NCBI RefSeq assembly: GCF_006345805.1
Contig: NC_043013.1
Location: forward strand, 27,094,001 to 27,158,000
Direction: 5' to 3'
Source: Octopus sinensis
Taxonomy: Eukaryota
Length of the DNA stretch: 64,000 nt
The notes beneath the pieces are model-generated. The model saw nothing but the letters and a program-made list of their open reading frames with translations, ran no database searches and was not told the DNA's origin. Shown here one piece after another: positions 25,491 through 38,834 of this stretch. Position 1 is the stretch's first letter, and every line of letters starts with the position of its first letter. Both the position numbers and the translations under genes were made by a program.

Positions 25491-27874
25491 TATGAGCATG
25501 TTTAGATATGCAAGTATATGCATGAGAATACATACATAAAAACAAAACATACAAATCTGCACATATACATACATACATATGCAGATATGAAAATCATATA
25601 CAAATTCAGTGAGGAGAATATTTATGGACAATTACTTCGAAGCCTGTACTTTGCATACTCGTATTATAAGTTCACATTCATTCTAACAGTCACTGGTGCA
25701 CTTGTTAATGTTAGAAAACACCTTTCTGGCGAAGCTACAGTTTTCAGACAAAGAGAGAGACGACTTAACAAACACCTTACAGATCTGTATGCAGAAGAGT
25801 AAAAATATGCAAGACTTTTCTAAGTTCAACTTGTAACACTTGTCATTGTTGTTATTTCTTTGTTAGAAACCAGCTTCCTTTTTGTAGGACTAACTCAAAT
25901 AACTTAAAATCACAAAGAACATGTGCGCGCATACATAAATATTTACATACATACATATATACGTCTGTACATACTCTCATTACAATAGTAACAGTATACG
26001 ATGGGCTTCTTTTAGTTTCTGTCTAGTAAATTCATTCACAAGGCTTTGGTCGGCCTGAGGCTATAGTGGAAGACACTTGCCCAAGGTGTCAGGCAGTGGG
26101 ACTGAACCCAGAACCCGGAACCATGTGGTTGGGAAGCAAGCTTCTTACCAAACAGCCACTCCTGCGCCTATTTTTTTCTTCTTGTCAGATGAACTGGTTG
26201 GTCTGTTTTAAGTGGCTAAGAGGTCAGGAAACTTTTGGTCCAACAGTACTAGTAGAGACTATTGGTAAAAAGATAAACTCTACAGGTACAGTAATGCTAT
26301 CAGACACACCTGTCCAAGATATACGCACCAAGGAAGCTGTTGCACATTCATTCAATTTTCAAGCATTACTGATTTGTTGAGTAATGTCATACAACTGCCG
26401 TTGCATACAGTGGCTTAGCTTGGGCAGAGCTTCAGGGGCATTGTCCTGAAACAAAAAAAATAGCAACAATAAAATGATCCATGAATTAGGGGTGCAATAC
26501 TTGTGACTAGTTGCAATAGAACAGATCCAGTTATGGGCAAATCCATTTTGAAGATTGCTCTACCACCCTCTTTGACCAGGAAGGACCGGAATTTTTCTCT
26601 GTCGGATGGCTATAGCAAAAGAGGTTGTATAGTGAGTGAGGGTGAAAGGACTGAAGACAAACACATTTCTATTCAGTTAAGCCAGCATTGAAAGAGAGAG
26701 AGAGAGGTTGATGGAATGAGATATGGGGATGTCAGTCTTCAGAAAAATTCACTCACAATTGTGAAAAGTAATTGTATGCTGCAAGGCAGTGTAACCCATG
26801 CAAGCTTGGAAGGCAGGTGAATATGATGACGGTGGTGGTGATGACACTGATGATGATGATGCAACATTCATTTCTGGACCTTGTTTATGTCATTGTCAGA
26901 AATTGTATGTGACGGTGTGTGTGTGAGGAGGAGGGGAGATCAATGTCTTAAAGACTTAACAGACTGATAAGCAGGAAATACATAGATTGGTTCTAAAGTG
27001 GGAATCAGCAGGATTTGGGGGCAGTTGTGTGAAGCCGCTCATACCCAGTTACCCTGCAAACCCTAGCAAAACCATAGAGCAGAACATAAACTTAACTCCA
27101 GGCTCAGTTCACCAAGAACCTTATCCATAGCATTTTCTAACATGTACCTAACACCATATATATATATATATATATATATTTCGAGCTGTTATTAAAAGTA
27201 TGTGTGTGTGTAAATACTGATTCGATGTCACTGGGGCTTGAAAACTGTATCTTGAGCAGAAGTACAACTTGTTGCTGCTCTGTTTTAAGCTTTGTCTTTG
27301 ATAATAGAAAGGAAATCATTGAGTTACTATACCTGACAATGACAATAAATGATGCCTTTTCAGTGGTTAAGTCCGTCTATATTTATTAATTCTAGTCATG
27401 TCTCAAGTTGAGACTTTCTCAAACTCTATGGTTGAGAAGTGTGCAAATGTGTGTGTGGTATTTTGGATGCATTATGTTTGCTTCTGGCAACAGTAACCTC
27501 CTTTATTTCCAGTATATTCCAAATTGGAATCGTTAGTGTTTTGTTTGAATTTTTGTTTTTGTGTTTCTTCTTTTTTTTTAAAAAAAATGTAATAAGAAAT
27601 TAACATCTTTCTATTTTCGTCCATAAATTTTCAAAAAGAAAAGAATTTTAGTGGCAAAATAAATATAAATATTGCTTCAGTTTGAAAAGAAATATTAATA
27701 TTGTAATTGCTAAAATAGTGGTGGTGTGCTTTTCCTTTCTCAAATATATTGAAGGAAGAAGGATGGCCAAGGAATTAGATAGCAGGTTTTCAATGAAATT
27801 TCTGCTGTAATTTTGACTGTTACTTATTGAAAGGCTTGTGTGTATGTGTGTGTGTGTGCGTGTATATATATAGC

Positions 27875-28241
27875 AAAGGCCCAGTGGTTAGGGCAACGGA
27901 CTCGCGGTCGTAGGATAGAAGTTTCAATTCCCAGAACGAGCGCTGTGAGTGTTTATTGAGCGAAAACACCTAAAGCCCAACGAGGCTCCGGCAGGGGGTA
28001 GTGGCGAACCCTGCTGTACTCTTCCACCACAACTTTCTCTCACTCTTCCTGTTTCACCTGTATTTCAAAGGGCCAGCTAGCCTTGTTACACTGTGTCATG
28101 CTGAATTTCCCCCCAGAACTACGTTAAGGGTACACATGACTGTGGAGTGCTCAGCCACTTGCACGTTTAACTTCACAAGCAGGCTGTTTCGTTGATCGGG
28201 TTAACTGGAACCTTCGTCGTCGTAACCGACGGAGTGCCACG
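27875..28241 (+). mobile_element. tRNA-derived SINE, head H1 plus tail T1
   Basis: Colinear with 13221-13602. Confidence 0.85.
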
Positions 28242-28244
28242 AAA

Positions 28245-28276
<32 letters not shown>

Positions 28277-29341
28277 AATTCTTTTTATAGATTTTAGTAC
28301 AGCTTTATTAGTAGGCCAGGCAAGGTTTTCTTCTGTTCGTGGTTCTATAATTTTATTTATTGATCAGTCATACATTTATTCTCTTTACTTTTTGTGTGTG
28401 TGTGTGTGAATGTTTTCTTTTATTTCATCTTCTCTGAGAAATAAAACAAAATGCTGGCGAGTATTTTCATTTATTTATTTATTTTTCATAATTTGCATGA
28501 CTGCCAAGATACAGCATTATGTTTAGATTAATTCTTTGTCTTGTCTCTGATAACTAATAGCTTTCGAAAAAGCATCACTATTATTGTTTTAGTGTATTTA
28601 GTGCTGTTTATTTTATATTGATTGATTTTAACATTTCCTATGCTGCTAGTGTCATGCTATCTGGAGAAATGAATCTATTGTTTGCTACTGTGGCCTAAAA
28701 TTAAATCTTTCATCAGATTTTCTTTTTGAAGATTTTTTCTCATTCGACTTACTTATATCGCTCCTTGCTGTCTAGGGTTTGGTTTAAAAATTACGAGGTA
28801 AACTTTATGAATTTCTTTTTCTTATTTCTGTGTTTGTTTTTAATGAATTAGACTCCCAATGTTTACACTTTTTTTAGAGAGAGAGAGAGGAGATAAAGAG
28901 AAAGAGTTTTTATTTTCCATAAATTGTAGAAATTACTTAGCTGCAGTAAATAATAAAACACAGTATTATTTTTCATTCTGATATACAATCGTCTTTTTTT
29001 TTCTCTCTCCTCTTTTATATAATTATGTCTGTTTTAATAAGGTTGCAAATGTTTATTATATGCGTCTTAACGAAAATTGACTTTTATGTAAAATCATAAA
29101 TTTAAATTTTCGTTGCTATTTTTATTGTTTATATGTTAGTAGTTAACATCAGTTAATACTAGTTACTATTGTTATGTCTACGTGTATTAACAATTAATAC
29201 AATTAGAATATTTCCTACTCTACAGGCGAGAGAACAGTCAGATAGATTTATAAAGTTTTGTTTGTTGGCTTTTTTTTTTTTTTTGCCTGTCTTAATTTAC
29301 TTGAAACTCGAAGCTACAGACCATAAAATCATTCAGATATA

Positions 29342-29372
<31 letters not shown>

Positions 29373-29902
29373 ACAGTCTAGTTATTGTTTGTTTTTTTTT
29401 CATAGTATTTTCTTTTCGAAAACTCCGCTAAGATACTTTCCTCTTCTTTTCTCTGCTATCAACTTCCACAATCTGTGCTTTTTTAAATATCATCCTACTC
29501 CATCCAACTCAGTATCGTCATCACTTGCAGAGATTTCTCATTGTCAAAATAGTCTTCTTTCCTTCTTCATCATCAGTTTTCTTCTTTCTCTCGTAATCCA
29601 TACTTTAAAAAAAAAAAAGAAAAGAAAAGAAAAGGAAAGGGGAAAAGAACCTTATCCGAACTTTGTTCTCTCACAGCAGCAGCGCTGTCTCACTTCGAAA
29701 CTTCCATCCACTAGTTTACACAACAAACTTTACAGGAGAAACTCAACAATATATTTTAACTTCACAAAACTTTGATCTCGAAGGATTTTTACATGGGTTC
29801 GATATCTCTTTTTTCTTCTTCTCCTGATCAGAAAATAAATCGAGGACGAAACGTCGATGAAGTACGGACTGTAACTTATCCGTTCATCAAGACATTTCCC
29901 TA

Positions 29903-29921
29903 ATGTTTCTTCATATTCCAG
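29903..29921 (+). CDS. Candidate coding end of a first exon (MFLHIP, phase 1)
   Basis: ATG TTT CTT CAT ATT CCA G/GTAGGG in the CpG-retaining region; 5' boundary of the exon unknown. Confidence 0.25.
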
Positions 29922-30239
29922 GTAGGGACATCTTCCTCTAGTTTTACTTGGAGCTGTATGTATGTTTGTATTACTTTAAAGATAGACGTTCATATTTGAT
30001 CTGTATGTATGTGTACGTACTATGATGTGTCGTTTTCCTATTGTCAGTTTCAACCTTACTACAACCACACACACACAAACATGTGCGCGCGCAAACACAC
30101 ACACGTGCAGCTTTGTTGAGTTTTATTTACATGGTGACCAGTTGTGAATACATAGCAAATCATAAGAAAGGGAGCAAAAGTGTCTTGGTATTTAATTGCC
30201 TCGAGAGGCAAACTATATATACATAGTTTGTATATTTAT

Positions 30240-30270
<31 letters not shown>

Positions 30271-30700
30271 GTTTATTTAACTAACCCTATGTTGTTTACA
30301 TTTATAATAGCACACGTTCGGTCGAACCGTGACTTATCAATGTAAGATATTGCCGGGGGATTGCGGAAGAAAACCCGTTTTTCTTTTTATTTTTACACGC
30401 AAGACTCCTTTATGTAGGAGATTGAGCCTAAAGTCTTTGTTATCACTATTTAAAAAAAAAATATCTGCATATAACAATTTAAACGTACAGGTTTCGTTGT
30501 TGAAGTCTTGCTCTTTGCCTCTTATTGCTTCCTATCTATAAAGAAAACACACACACGCACACATTTCTTTTCTAGCAGTTCGACATATAATTTAGATGTG
30601 CTATTTTGCTTGCATGATATTTGTTTCTTGCTCTCAACCTAATTTCCTCTACTCTTGGTTTAATATATCTTAATGAACACAAGTCACATTAAACTTTTTA

Positions 30701-30739
<39 letters not shown>

Positions 30740-31123
30740 GTTCCTCCTCAACCAGCAGCCTGCTAGTCAGTAGTTATACTATATATATATATCTATCTAT
30801 CTATAGATATATATATATATAATCTTGTTTTACTAACTTCCCAAATGCAAGCCAAACGAATGATCTAATGAAATACAATTAAATATGCCATTATGAGTCA
30901 TGAACTTTAGATGCTACCATCTCCAAATCTATCCGGCTGAGATAATTTTCATTGGTTAATCACCAAATTTTCTCTGGTTGTTGCAAATGCCTGTGAAATT
31001 AAATATATCGATGAAATTATTTATATCTTCTATATACTAACAAAAGCTAAGGCTACATTAAAACCTCGAAGCAACTTAAAAAAAAAAGAGGCAGGCGCAC
31101 TTGCTTTCTTCGATGTTTAGATG

Positions 31124-31192
<69 letters not shown>

Positions 31193-31448
31193 CATACATA
31201 CATACTTACATAAACATACATCCCCCTCCCCCTAGTTTTCAGGTAATAACACTTAGAATTTATTCTTTAAAAATCAATCTAAATTAGTAAATAAATTTGA
31301 TTATTTTCGCTTTCTTTTGCTTGAAGACATTCAGTTACAATTGTTTAATTGCGTCTGTGTGTGTGTGTTACACAAAGTTGTCATCTGCTGTTGGGTTGCA
31401 TTAAAAATCTGAAATTTCTTAATTTTTATTTTTATCGGGAGTCTCTCA

Positions 31449-31490
<42 letters not shown>

Positions 31491-32709
31491 GAGTTTTCAT
31501 TTACAATAGGCAGGAAGGCAGTGGAACTGGTGACATTGTCAATCCACTAATACATGCAAGTGTAAGCTACTTCTAAGTATCAGGGGTAGTAGTTTTCGTA
31601 CCATCTGAAAAGCAACTGTAGTCTCTGTTTATATATAGATAGATTGATTGATTGATAAATTAAAAAGATGCTCGCATTCAAACCGATTTCATTTTGCTTT
31701 TCAAGACCTTTTCCCTAAACTTCTTCACATCGCAATTGCGCGTGTGTGTATTTATGTTTATATGTGCACGTTTGAAGTTCCAACTTCCCTAATAACTTGA
31801 GTTGGGAAACGAAACGAGCTCGATCTGATTACTTTTTTCTTTAAAAAAAAGATGTAATTTTAGTTAAAGGACTCGGCAGTAACTTGTTAGAAAGATCAGA
31901 TCGGACCCTAGTATATGTCTGGTATTTATTCATTTATCTGGAGAGTCCGGGTGTTGTGGCTAAAGACAGTTGACCTGTAGACAGCGGATCGACAGATGTT
32001 GGATCACCGGACAAAATGCTGTGGTTGGTGCGTGCGGTAATTTAGTTAGTTTACAGCCTTTTACGTTCCGAGTTCAAATCTCGCCGGTTATATATATATA
32101 TTTTTAGCTTTTGACTTTCGTTATTTTTTTTAGCTCGATAAAATAAACACCAGTGAAATACTGCTACTTCACATTCCTATAATATTTCTCTGTTGTGAAT
32201 GAAATTATATAATCTAGCTTAGCTAGATATGAATTAACAACTGAGGAAATTAAATGCGGCCAGCAGTTTGTTTAGTCCGATGCATTGATGTCACTTTTCA
32301 CACACTTCTTTGTTTTAAGAGCGAATTAACTACATTAACACCTGCTCTCATATTAAATTTTCTTGCTTTGCTCTGATCCAATTTTATTGGTTTCTAAAAA
32401 AGTATATATTTTTGTATATCCGCTTTTTAAAATATTTTTCTTTGTCAGTTACGCTTCCCTTAAGCCTGTAAAAATAAATACCATTTCGTATTTTGATAAT
32501 CTATAAATCCTTTGAAAGCGTTTAATTGAAAGAGAAAGAGAAAAAAATGTTATATTTAGAAATGCACTAGATGTCAACCAACTTGTTTCTGTGGGCCAAG
32601 CGTTATCAACAGCTAAAAAGCACTTTTTTTTTTTATGTCAAGCAGGACGGGCGAAGTCTTGAATAAGCAAAAGGAAATGTATGTGTCTATACGTGATATA
32701 CATACATAC

Positions 32710-32757
<48 letters not shown>

Positions 32758-33109
32758 GATCTGGTTGCGCCGTATTTTTGTGTTAGTCTGTCTTTGTATT
32801 ATATATAATATTGTGTTGTGGTGTGATGTGATGTAGTGGCCAGTGACTTGCCTGTCACAGCTCAACACACTTCCATACACACGAATGAGGTTAGATCCAT
32901 ATCCAGTCTGCACTGACAGCCCTAACAAATTATGTGCGTGTGCGCGCGTGTATATGTACACACACGTTCTCTCTCGCCTTCTCTCTCCCCCCCCCTCTCT
33001 CTCTCCTTTCTTTGTCAAATCAGTTATCTTGTTTCTCCCATTCTCTCTCTCATCGTAATATCATTCTATCTTCCCTGCTTCTGTTACTGACACCATATCT
33101 ATCTTCCAG

Positions 33110-33208
33110 TTTTCCGGCTGCTACTGCTGCTGCAATTACTGCTGCCTTGTTTGTCATTGTTAAAGAGAATGAAGCGGCCGGCTGTTCGCTCGGCAAGCTA
33201 TTGCTATG
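33110..33208 (+). CDS. Candidate 99-nt phase 1/1 exon
   Basis: Branch point TACTGAC, then CCATATCTATCTTCCAG acceptor; donor ATG/GTGAGA; frame (x)FRLLLLLQLLLPCLSLLKRMKRPAVRSASYCY; internal ATG at 33169. Confidence 0.5.
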
Positions 33209-34749
33209 GTGAGAATTATAAAGAGTAGAAAAGGAAATAAAATGAGCCTGACCTAATTTATCTGCAACAATCCTCACTTGGTCGCCTTAGATTAACTTTT
33301 TTTTTTTTTTTTTTCAATCTGGGGAGGTGATCGTCAACAACCGGTGGTGGGTCGTTCTGAAAGATGGTGATTTGAGGAGAAGCGACTGGATTTTGTAAAG
33401 TGGTAGTGGCAGAGAAAAATAGATTAGAGGGGGAGTTAATGTGTGTAGATTAAAAGAAGTGATTAGGAAAGGCATTGCGACCGACTTGCTGGCAGTCAGA
33501 ATGGTCCTCGACCAAATAGAATGGTCCTCTCCTATCATATATTGCTACACTATATATTCCGTTACTTTTATTTAAGTTGTTTCAGGCATTGAGCTGCGGC
33601 CAAGCTGGGGCACCGCCTTGAAGTGTTTAGTCTAGACCGGCCCCCAATACATACTTTTATTAAGGCTTGTACTTATTCTATCGGGCTCTTTTTGCCGAAC
33701 CTCATATTTTACATGTATGTAAACAAGCCAACACCGGTTGTCAAGCGGTGGTGTGGGACTAACACAGACAGACGCACGCACATTATTTAGATACATACAT
33801 ACGACGGGCTTCTTTCAGTTTCCATCTACAGAATCCATTCAAATGGAAGGTTTTTTTTTTGTCTTGTCCTGTTAATGTCTCTCATCCGTCTCTCTTATGG
33901 TAACATTAAAGAAATCTTTATTATTGGGATCGTTGTACCAGCGGCAAGAATGCCCATAGTAATAGAACCCCATTTCGGATTTTGGAACTCTGGGACGAGT
34001 GCCTAGTACTTGGTTCCAGGTTGATCTGTACAGTTTCCTAGTAGTGCATTTCCCAGCTGTTCAGAGCAAGTAGAGTTAGTGGGGGAGATTTTGTGCCTAC
34101 ATCGTGGCAGGAGTTGCAGAGTATTGTGCAAACAGCAGTGAGATACAATCAGTGTCAGATTTAGTGTGTTTAAGCTGCTCTGCGTTGGTTCAGTTCTGAT
34201 GCCCAGGTGGGTAAGAACTAGAATGAAGTTTTGAGCAGGGTGGCCATTTACACCCAGAAATGGGCTGAAAATTATGTTATCACTGAAAGATAAATCTATT
34301 TAAAAAATTAATTTTATTTGTTTCAGTCATTATACGGTGGACATGTTGGGACACCGTCTTGAAAGGTTTTTAGTCAAATAAAACAACCCCAGAACTTTTT
34401 TTTTTAATTAGGTATGATATTTATTCTTTTGGTCTGTTTTGCTAAACCACTAAGTTACAAGGATATATGGAAACCAATGTCAGTTGTCAAGCGGTGCTGT
34501 GGACAAACACAAAGAAACAAATCTAAATACACACATGTATACAGTGGGCTTCTTTCAGTTTCTGTCTACAAAATCCTTTCTCAATGGTTTGGTCAGCTCA
34601 GGTCTATAGTAGACGACACTTACTCAAGGTACCAAGCAGTGGGATTGAACTCAGATCCATATGGGCAGGAAGCAAGCATTTTACCACACAGTCTGTGATA
34701 TGGTGAATGCAAGTAGCTCCATCCTAATCATCATGCCTTGCTTCAGATT

Positions 34750-35690
34750 TTTTCTGACCAGATTGAAGCATCTCCTCTCACTTCTTGTAGAAGGGGACAG
34801 GATTCCACAGGCCTGACCATCTACTCACACACTTATCCAGGATAGTGAGCAACTGTTGTTACATCACTTTTTTTCCACAGCTTGTCCATTTTATGGTACT
34901 CCAGTCGTTGGTCAAGGGAAGACCAAGACTGGACATCTGATGTCTTGTATGTTGTCAAGCGCACATAGCCTCTACCAGTGTGCAAATGTAGCTGACCCAT
35001 GGCATTTTCACATTAGCTTTCTATATAGATATTTAATGCTGGGGAAGAGTGAAAGCTTCTAAGGAAACTTTGGGCATCACCATAAATCAACTGGTAGGTC
35101 TATTTTGGTAATACTGTCCACTAGGTTTGTCCAGCAAGGGAACGCAGTACTGTCATAATCATCATTTAACATCCGTTTTCCATGCTAGCATGGGTTGATG
35201 GTTCGACTGGGGTCTGGGAAGCCAGGAGGCTGCGCCAGGCTCCAGTCTGATCTGGCAGTGTTTCTACAGCTGGATGCCCTTCCTAACACCAACCACTCTG
35301 TGAGTGTAGTGGGTGCTTTTTACATGCCATCAGCACAGGGGCCAGAAGATGCTGGCAAACGGCCATGATCGGTTGGTGGTTTTTACGTGTCACTAACACA
35401 GACGCCAGTCAGGCGGCACTGGCATCAGCCACATTCGGATGATGCTTTTTACGTGTTTTTAAATGTGGGAGCATTTACTCTTGATAGATCTATGGAGTTC
35501 CTTTATTGGCCTTAGGGGCCATTCTTCTTGATAGTTTTTTTTCTCTTATATATATATATATATATATCTGCTTTGGGCTTATATAGATTTTTGAAGGCAT
35601 TTTCTAGGATGAGCATACAAGATCCCTTCTACACACACATTTTTGAATGGAATGCTTGTCTATTGCAAGGTTAACTCCAAGTACCTCTGG
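34750..35690 (-). pseudogene. Very old RTE-like LINE remnant, interrupted by a SINE at about 35160-35455
   Basis: Minus strand near 35680 reads YLGVNL..RI..AF..L-like residues; GC-richer decayed sequence. Confidence 0.25.
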
Positions 35691-36370
35691 TATTTATTAT
35701 AAGTACCAGTTGTGCACCGAGGAGGGGAGGGGCAATGAAATCTTCAGGCCTTGTACCTTTAGTAGAAAGGATTATCATTGTTGTTATTAAGGCAGTGAGC
35801 TGCCAGAATCATTAGCATGCCATGCAAGATGTTTCACAGTATATCACCCATCCTTGCATTTTGAGTTCAAATTCTGCCAAGGCCGACTTTGCCTTTCATC
35901 CTTTTTGGGGTCAATAGAATAAGTACCAGTTGAACACTGGGGGTCGATGTAATTGACTCATCCTCTCTCCTAAAATTGCTGCCCTTGTGGCAAAATTTGA
36001 AACTATTATTATTATTATTATATAATTATATTCTGAGTTCAAATTCCACTGAGATCGACTTTGCCTTTCATCCTTTCAGGGTTGATAAATTAAGTACCAG
36101 TGAAACACTGGGGTTGATGTAATCGACTAGTCCCCTCCCCACAAATTTCAGGCCTTGTGCCTCCAGTAGAAAGGATTACCATTATTATTATTGAGGCACT
36201 TAGCTGGAGGAGTCATTAGAACTCCAGAGGAAATGGTTGACTTTGCCATTCATCTTTTCAGGGGTCAATAAAATAAAGTACCAGTTAAGTACAGGGGTCA
36301 ATGTAATCAATTTGCCTCTCCCTTCATAATTGCTGGCCTTGTGCAACAAATTGAAACAATTGTATTATTA
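35690..36370 (+). mobile_element. Tandem array of about 4 Nin/Deu-like SINE copies
   Basis: Same units separated by (ATT)n. Confidence 0.8.
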
Positions 36371-36703
36371 ATTCTTATTCCTTTGCTTGCTCTGGCCATC
36401 CACTGTTTGCTCTTCAAAAGTTCAACTCAACTGATGCTTTTTTCATTGTTGGAAACAAACCATCATCTTTGCTGTCACACTTTCTCTTTTTTCCTTCTTT
36501 TCTATTCCATAAGCTCTGTTTTACTTTGTTCTCCGTTTCCTTTCCTTTTCAAAAGAAATTTCTTCTTGGTGTTATCTCCCAATATGGAATTTCCTTCATG
36601 TCTTGATTTTCTAATCTGACTTTGAGATGTTAAACTTGTTTTCAGATTTACCCACCACCATCACCTTCTTGTTCTTATGTGCACTTTCATTCAGTTTCTC
36701 TCT

Positions 36704-36778
<75 letters not shown>

Positions 36779-37511
36779 GTCAGTATTATCCTCTTCTTTT
36801 TCTGGCTTGCACAGTTATACTATTTAAACCTCCAGTTTCATTTCAAAGACCTACTTCTCTTGACTTCAGTGCTTTTGGAAGTTGTTCCAATAATACATAC
36901 ATAGGTACATGCATGCACATGCACACATATAGCTTTATATGCTACAAGTTTCAATGCTCCCAAAACAATGTGTGTGTGTGTGTACATATATATATATTTA
37001 AACAGATATGTTTGTGCATGTGTAATTAATATAATATATATATATATATACCAATGTAAAATAGAAGCTCACTTATGTGTGTGGATGGATGGGTGTATGT
37101 GTGTGTGCCTCTGTCCCTATAGAGTTTTTGGAATTAGAAAATAAAGCCTCTAGCTAGATACCTTTAAGAATCTATCTTCTACTATAGCCCTGGATTTGCT
37201 AGAAGGAAACTTACAGAAGCCTGTTTTGTATGTGTGTGTTCATAGGCATACATGTGTGTGTCAGTGTCTCCTCATGACATTGCGTAATTCTTGCAAATGA
37301 ATGTCATCTTTTCCAATATTCTGCAAAATCATGTTTGGCTATGGGGAAATCTTACCTTGCTTGGAAACTGGTACAGTTTGGCAACAGGATAAGCATCCAG
37401 CTGTAAAAATTATAGCTCATGTATGACCCATGCAAGCATAGGACAGTGGACATTAAAATGATGATTACATACATACACACACACACACACACGTGTGTGT
37501 GTGTCTGTGTG

Positions 37512-37932
37512 CAAGGGTTAGCTGAAAAGTTCATAGGCTGACCAAGATATTCTCATGGAATGTGACCAAATGAGGTTTATTTTTCAACACCGTCCCCCTT
37601 GCAGTCCACACACTTCCTCCATCGGTGTTGCAGTGCTTGTGAAGCTTTCATTCTGTTGGTCAAAAAATTCAACAACAATAAATATGAGGTCATCATCACT
37701 GCGATACTGGTTCCCAACCAAGTGTTTTTTCATGTTGGGGAACAAATGATTGTCAAATGGGGGCCAAATCAGGAGAATAGGGAGGGGATCAGCCAGTTTA
37801 CACACAGCTGCCATTTAAACTAAGAACTTGTGTGCTGGGGCATTGTCCTAATGAAGCAAGACCCCTCTCATCAGTTTTCCTCGGTGTTTGATCTTGGTAG
37901 CCTTTCATAACTGCCTCAGCAAGTTGGCATAG
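37512..37932 (-). pseudogene. Decayed mariner (DD34D) transposase 3' half with TIR
   Basis: Minus strand YANLLRQL*KA..RGKLMRGVLLH*DNAPAH..PPYSPDLAPFDNHLFPNMKKHLVGNQYRSDDD; TIR CAAGGGTTAGCTGAAAAGTTC at 37512. Confidence 0.88.
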
Positions 37933-38095
37933 CTGTGTGTGTGTGTGTGTGTGTTTGTTTGTTTGTCCTAGGAGATAGGTAAGAAAATAAATTATCTGGA
38001 GTTGGTTACAAAGTGCTGGTATTCTTCATATTCAACACTCTGAAATTCTCAAAGAACTTGTGTGTTTATGCCTGTTCTCCATTCCTGTTTTGTAG

Positions 38096-38187
38096 TCAGA
38101 TTACAAGATAAACTCTGTACAGAAATATTCAAAAAGTAATGATTGTAACAAAATTGTACAGTTTTGTTGCTGTTGTTGTTACTCCAG
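38096..38187 (+). other. Candidate exon (coding status unclear)
   Basis: Acceptor TTCTCCATTCCTGTTTTGTAG, donor CAG/GTTAGT. Phase-0 frame SDYKINSVQKYSKSNDCNKIVQFCCCCCYS; alternatively ATG 38139 gives MIVTKLYSFVAVVVTP ending in phase 1. Confidence 0.3.
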
Positions 38188-38834
38188 GTTAGTTTCCCAG
38201 CCACCATGAAATATATTGTAGCTTGAGCTAAATCATTCAAAGTATCATTCCATTCTTTTTTTTAAGACAATGAAGTGGGATGTAGGAGAGATTTGGTTGC
38301 TATTTCTTGCAGATCACAGCGACCTGATTTAGGCTCCCTTTGTTGGTTCATAATGTAACAATATCCTGGGATATTGTTTAACCTCACATCAGCCTATATC
38401 CTACAGATCTATGGTGAAAAGGGTCCCAGTTGTGATTATTCCATCTTCCTCCTTTCAGATATGTATTTAGAACTGCAGATGATAGATGGTGATTTGCAGG
38501 AGATTTAGCTGATGTTTCTAGCAGGTCAGATAACCACAGATGTTCTCAAAGAATGATCTGTGTGACTGCATGCAGGCATGTGGTGTGTGCATATGTGAGA
38601 GAGAGAAAACAAATGTATACATACAGGAAAGATGCTCTATCAATGCAATTATGACTCATACAATATTAATTGACAGGAATGGTCATTTAGTATTTCACTA
38701 AATTAAGTTATCTTGATAATAAATCTCATCCATTAAAGGCAGGTGACCGAATTACACCTACACACACACACACACACACCTGTATATGTATGTATAATTG
38801 TAATGTATGTGTGTGTACACACAGGGGGAAGGGC

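Larger units (their letters stand above)
28700..33850. promoter_or_regulatory. CpG-retaining, TE-poor, promoter-like region
   Basis: Unique DNA here visibly keeps CG (e.g. 29830-29885, 30310-30400, 31810-32090, 33170-33195); even diverged SINEs here keep CpG; contains two strong donor sites. Confidence 0.5.

Noticed and set aside
28778-28800. VWFKN after an AG acceptor, resembling K50 homeodomain helix 3
   Set aside because: Followed by YEV rather than RRAK, and no upstream homeobox exon was found.
33110-33163. Cysteine-string frame FSGCYCCCNYCCLVCHC
   Set aside because: Terminates at TAA inside the exon; arises from (CTG)n-like low complexity.
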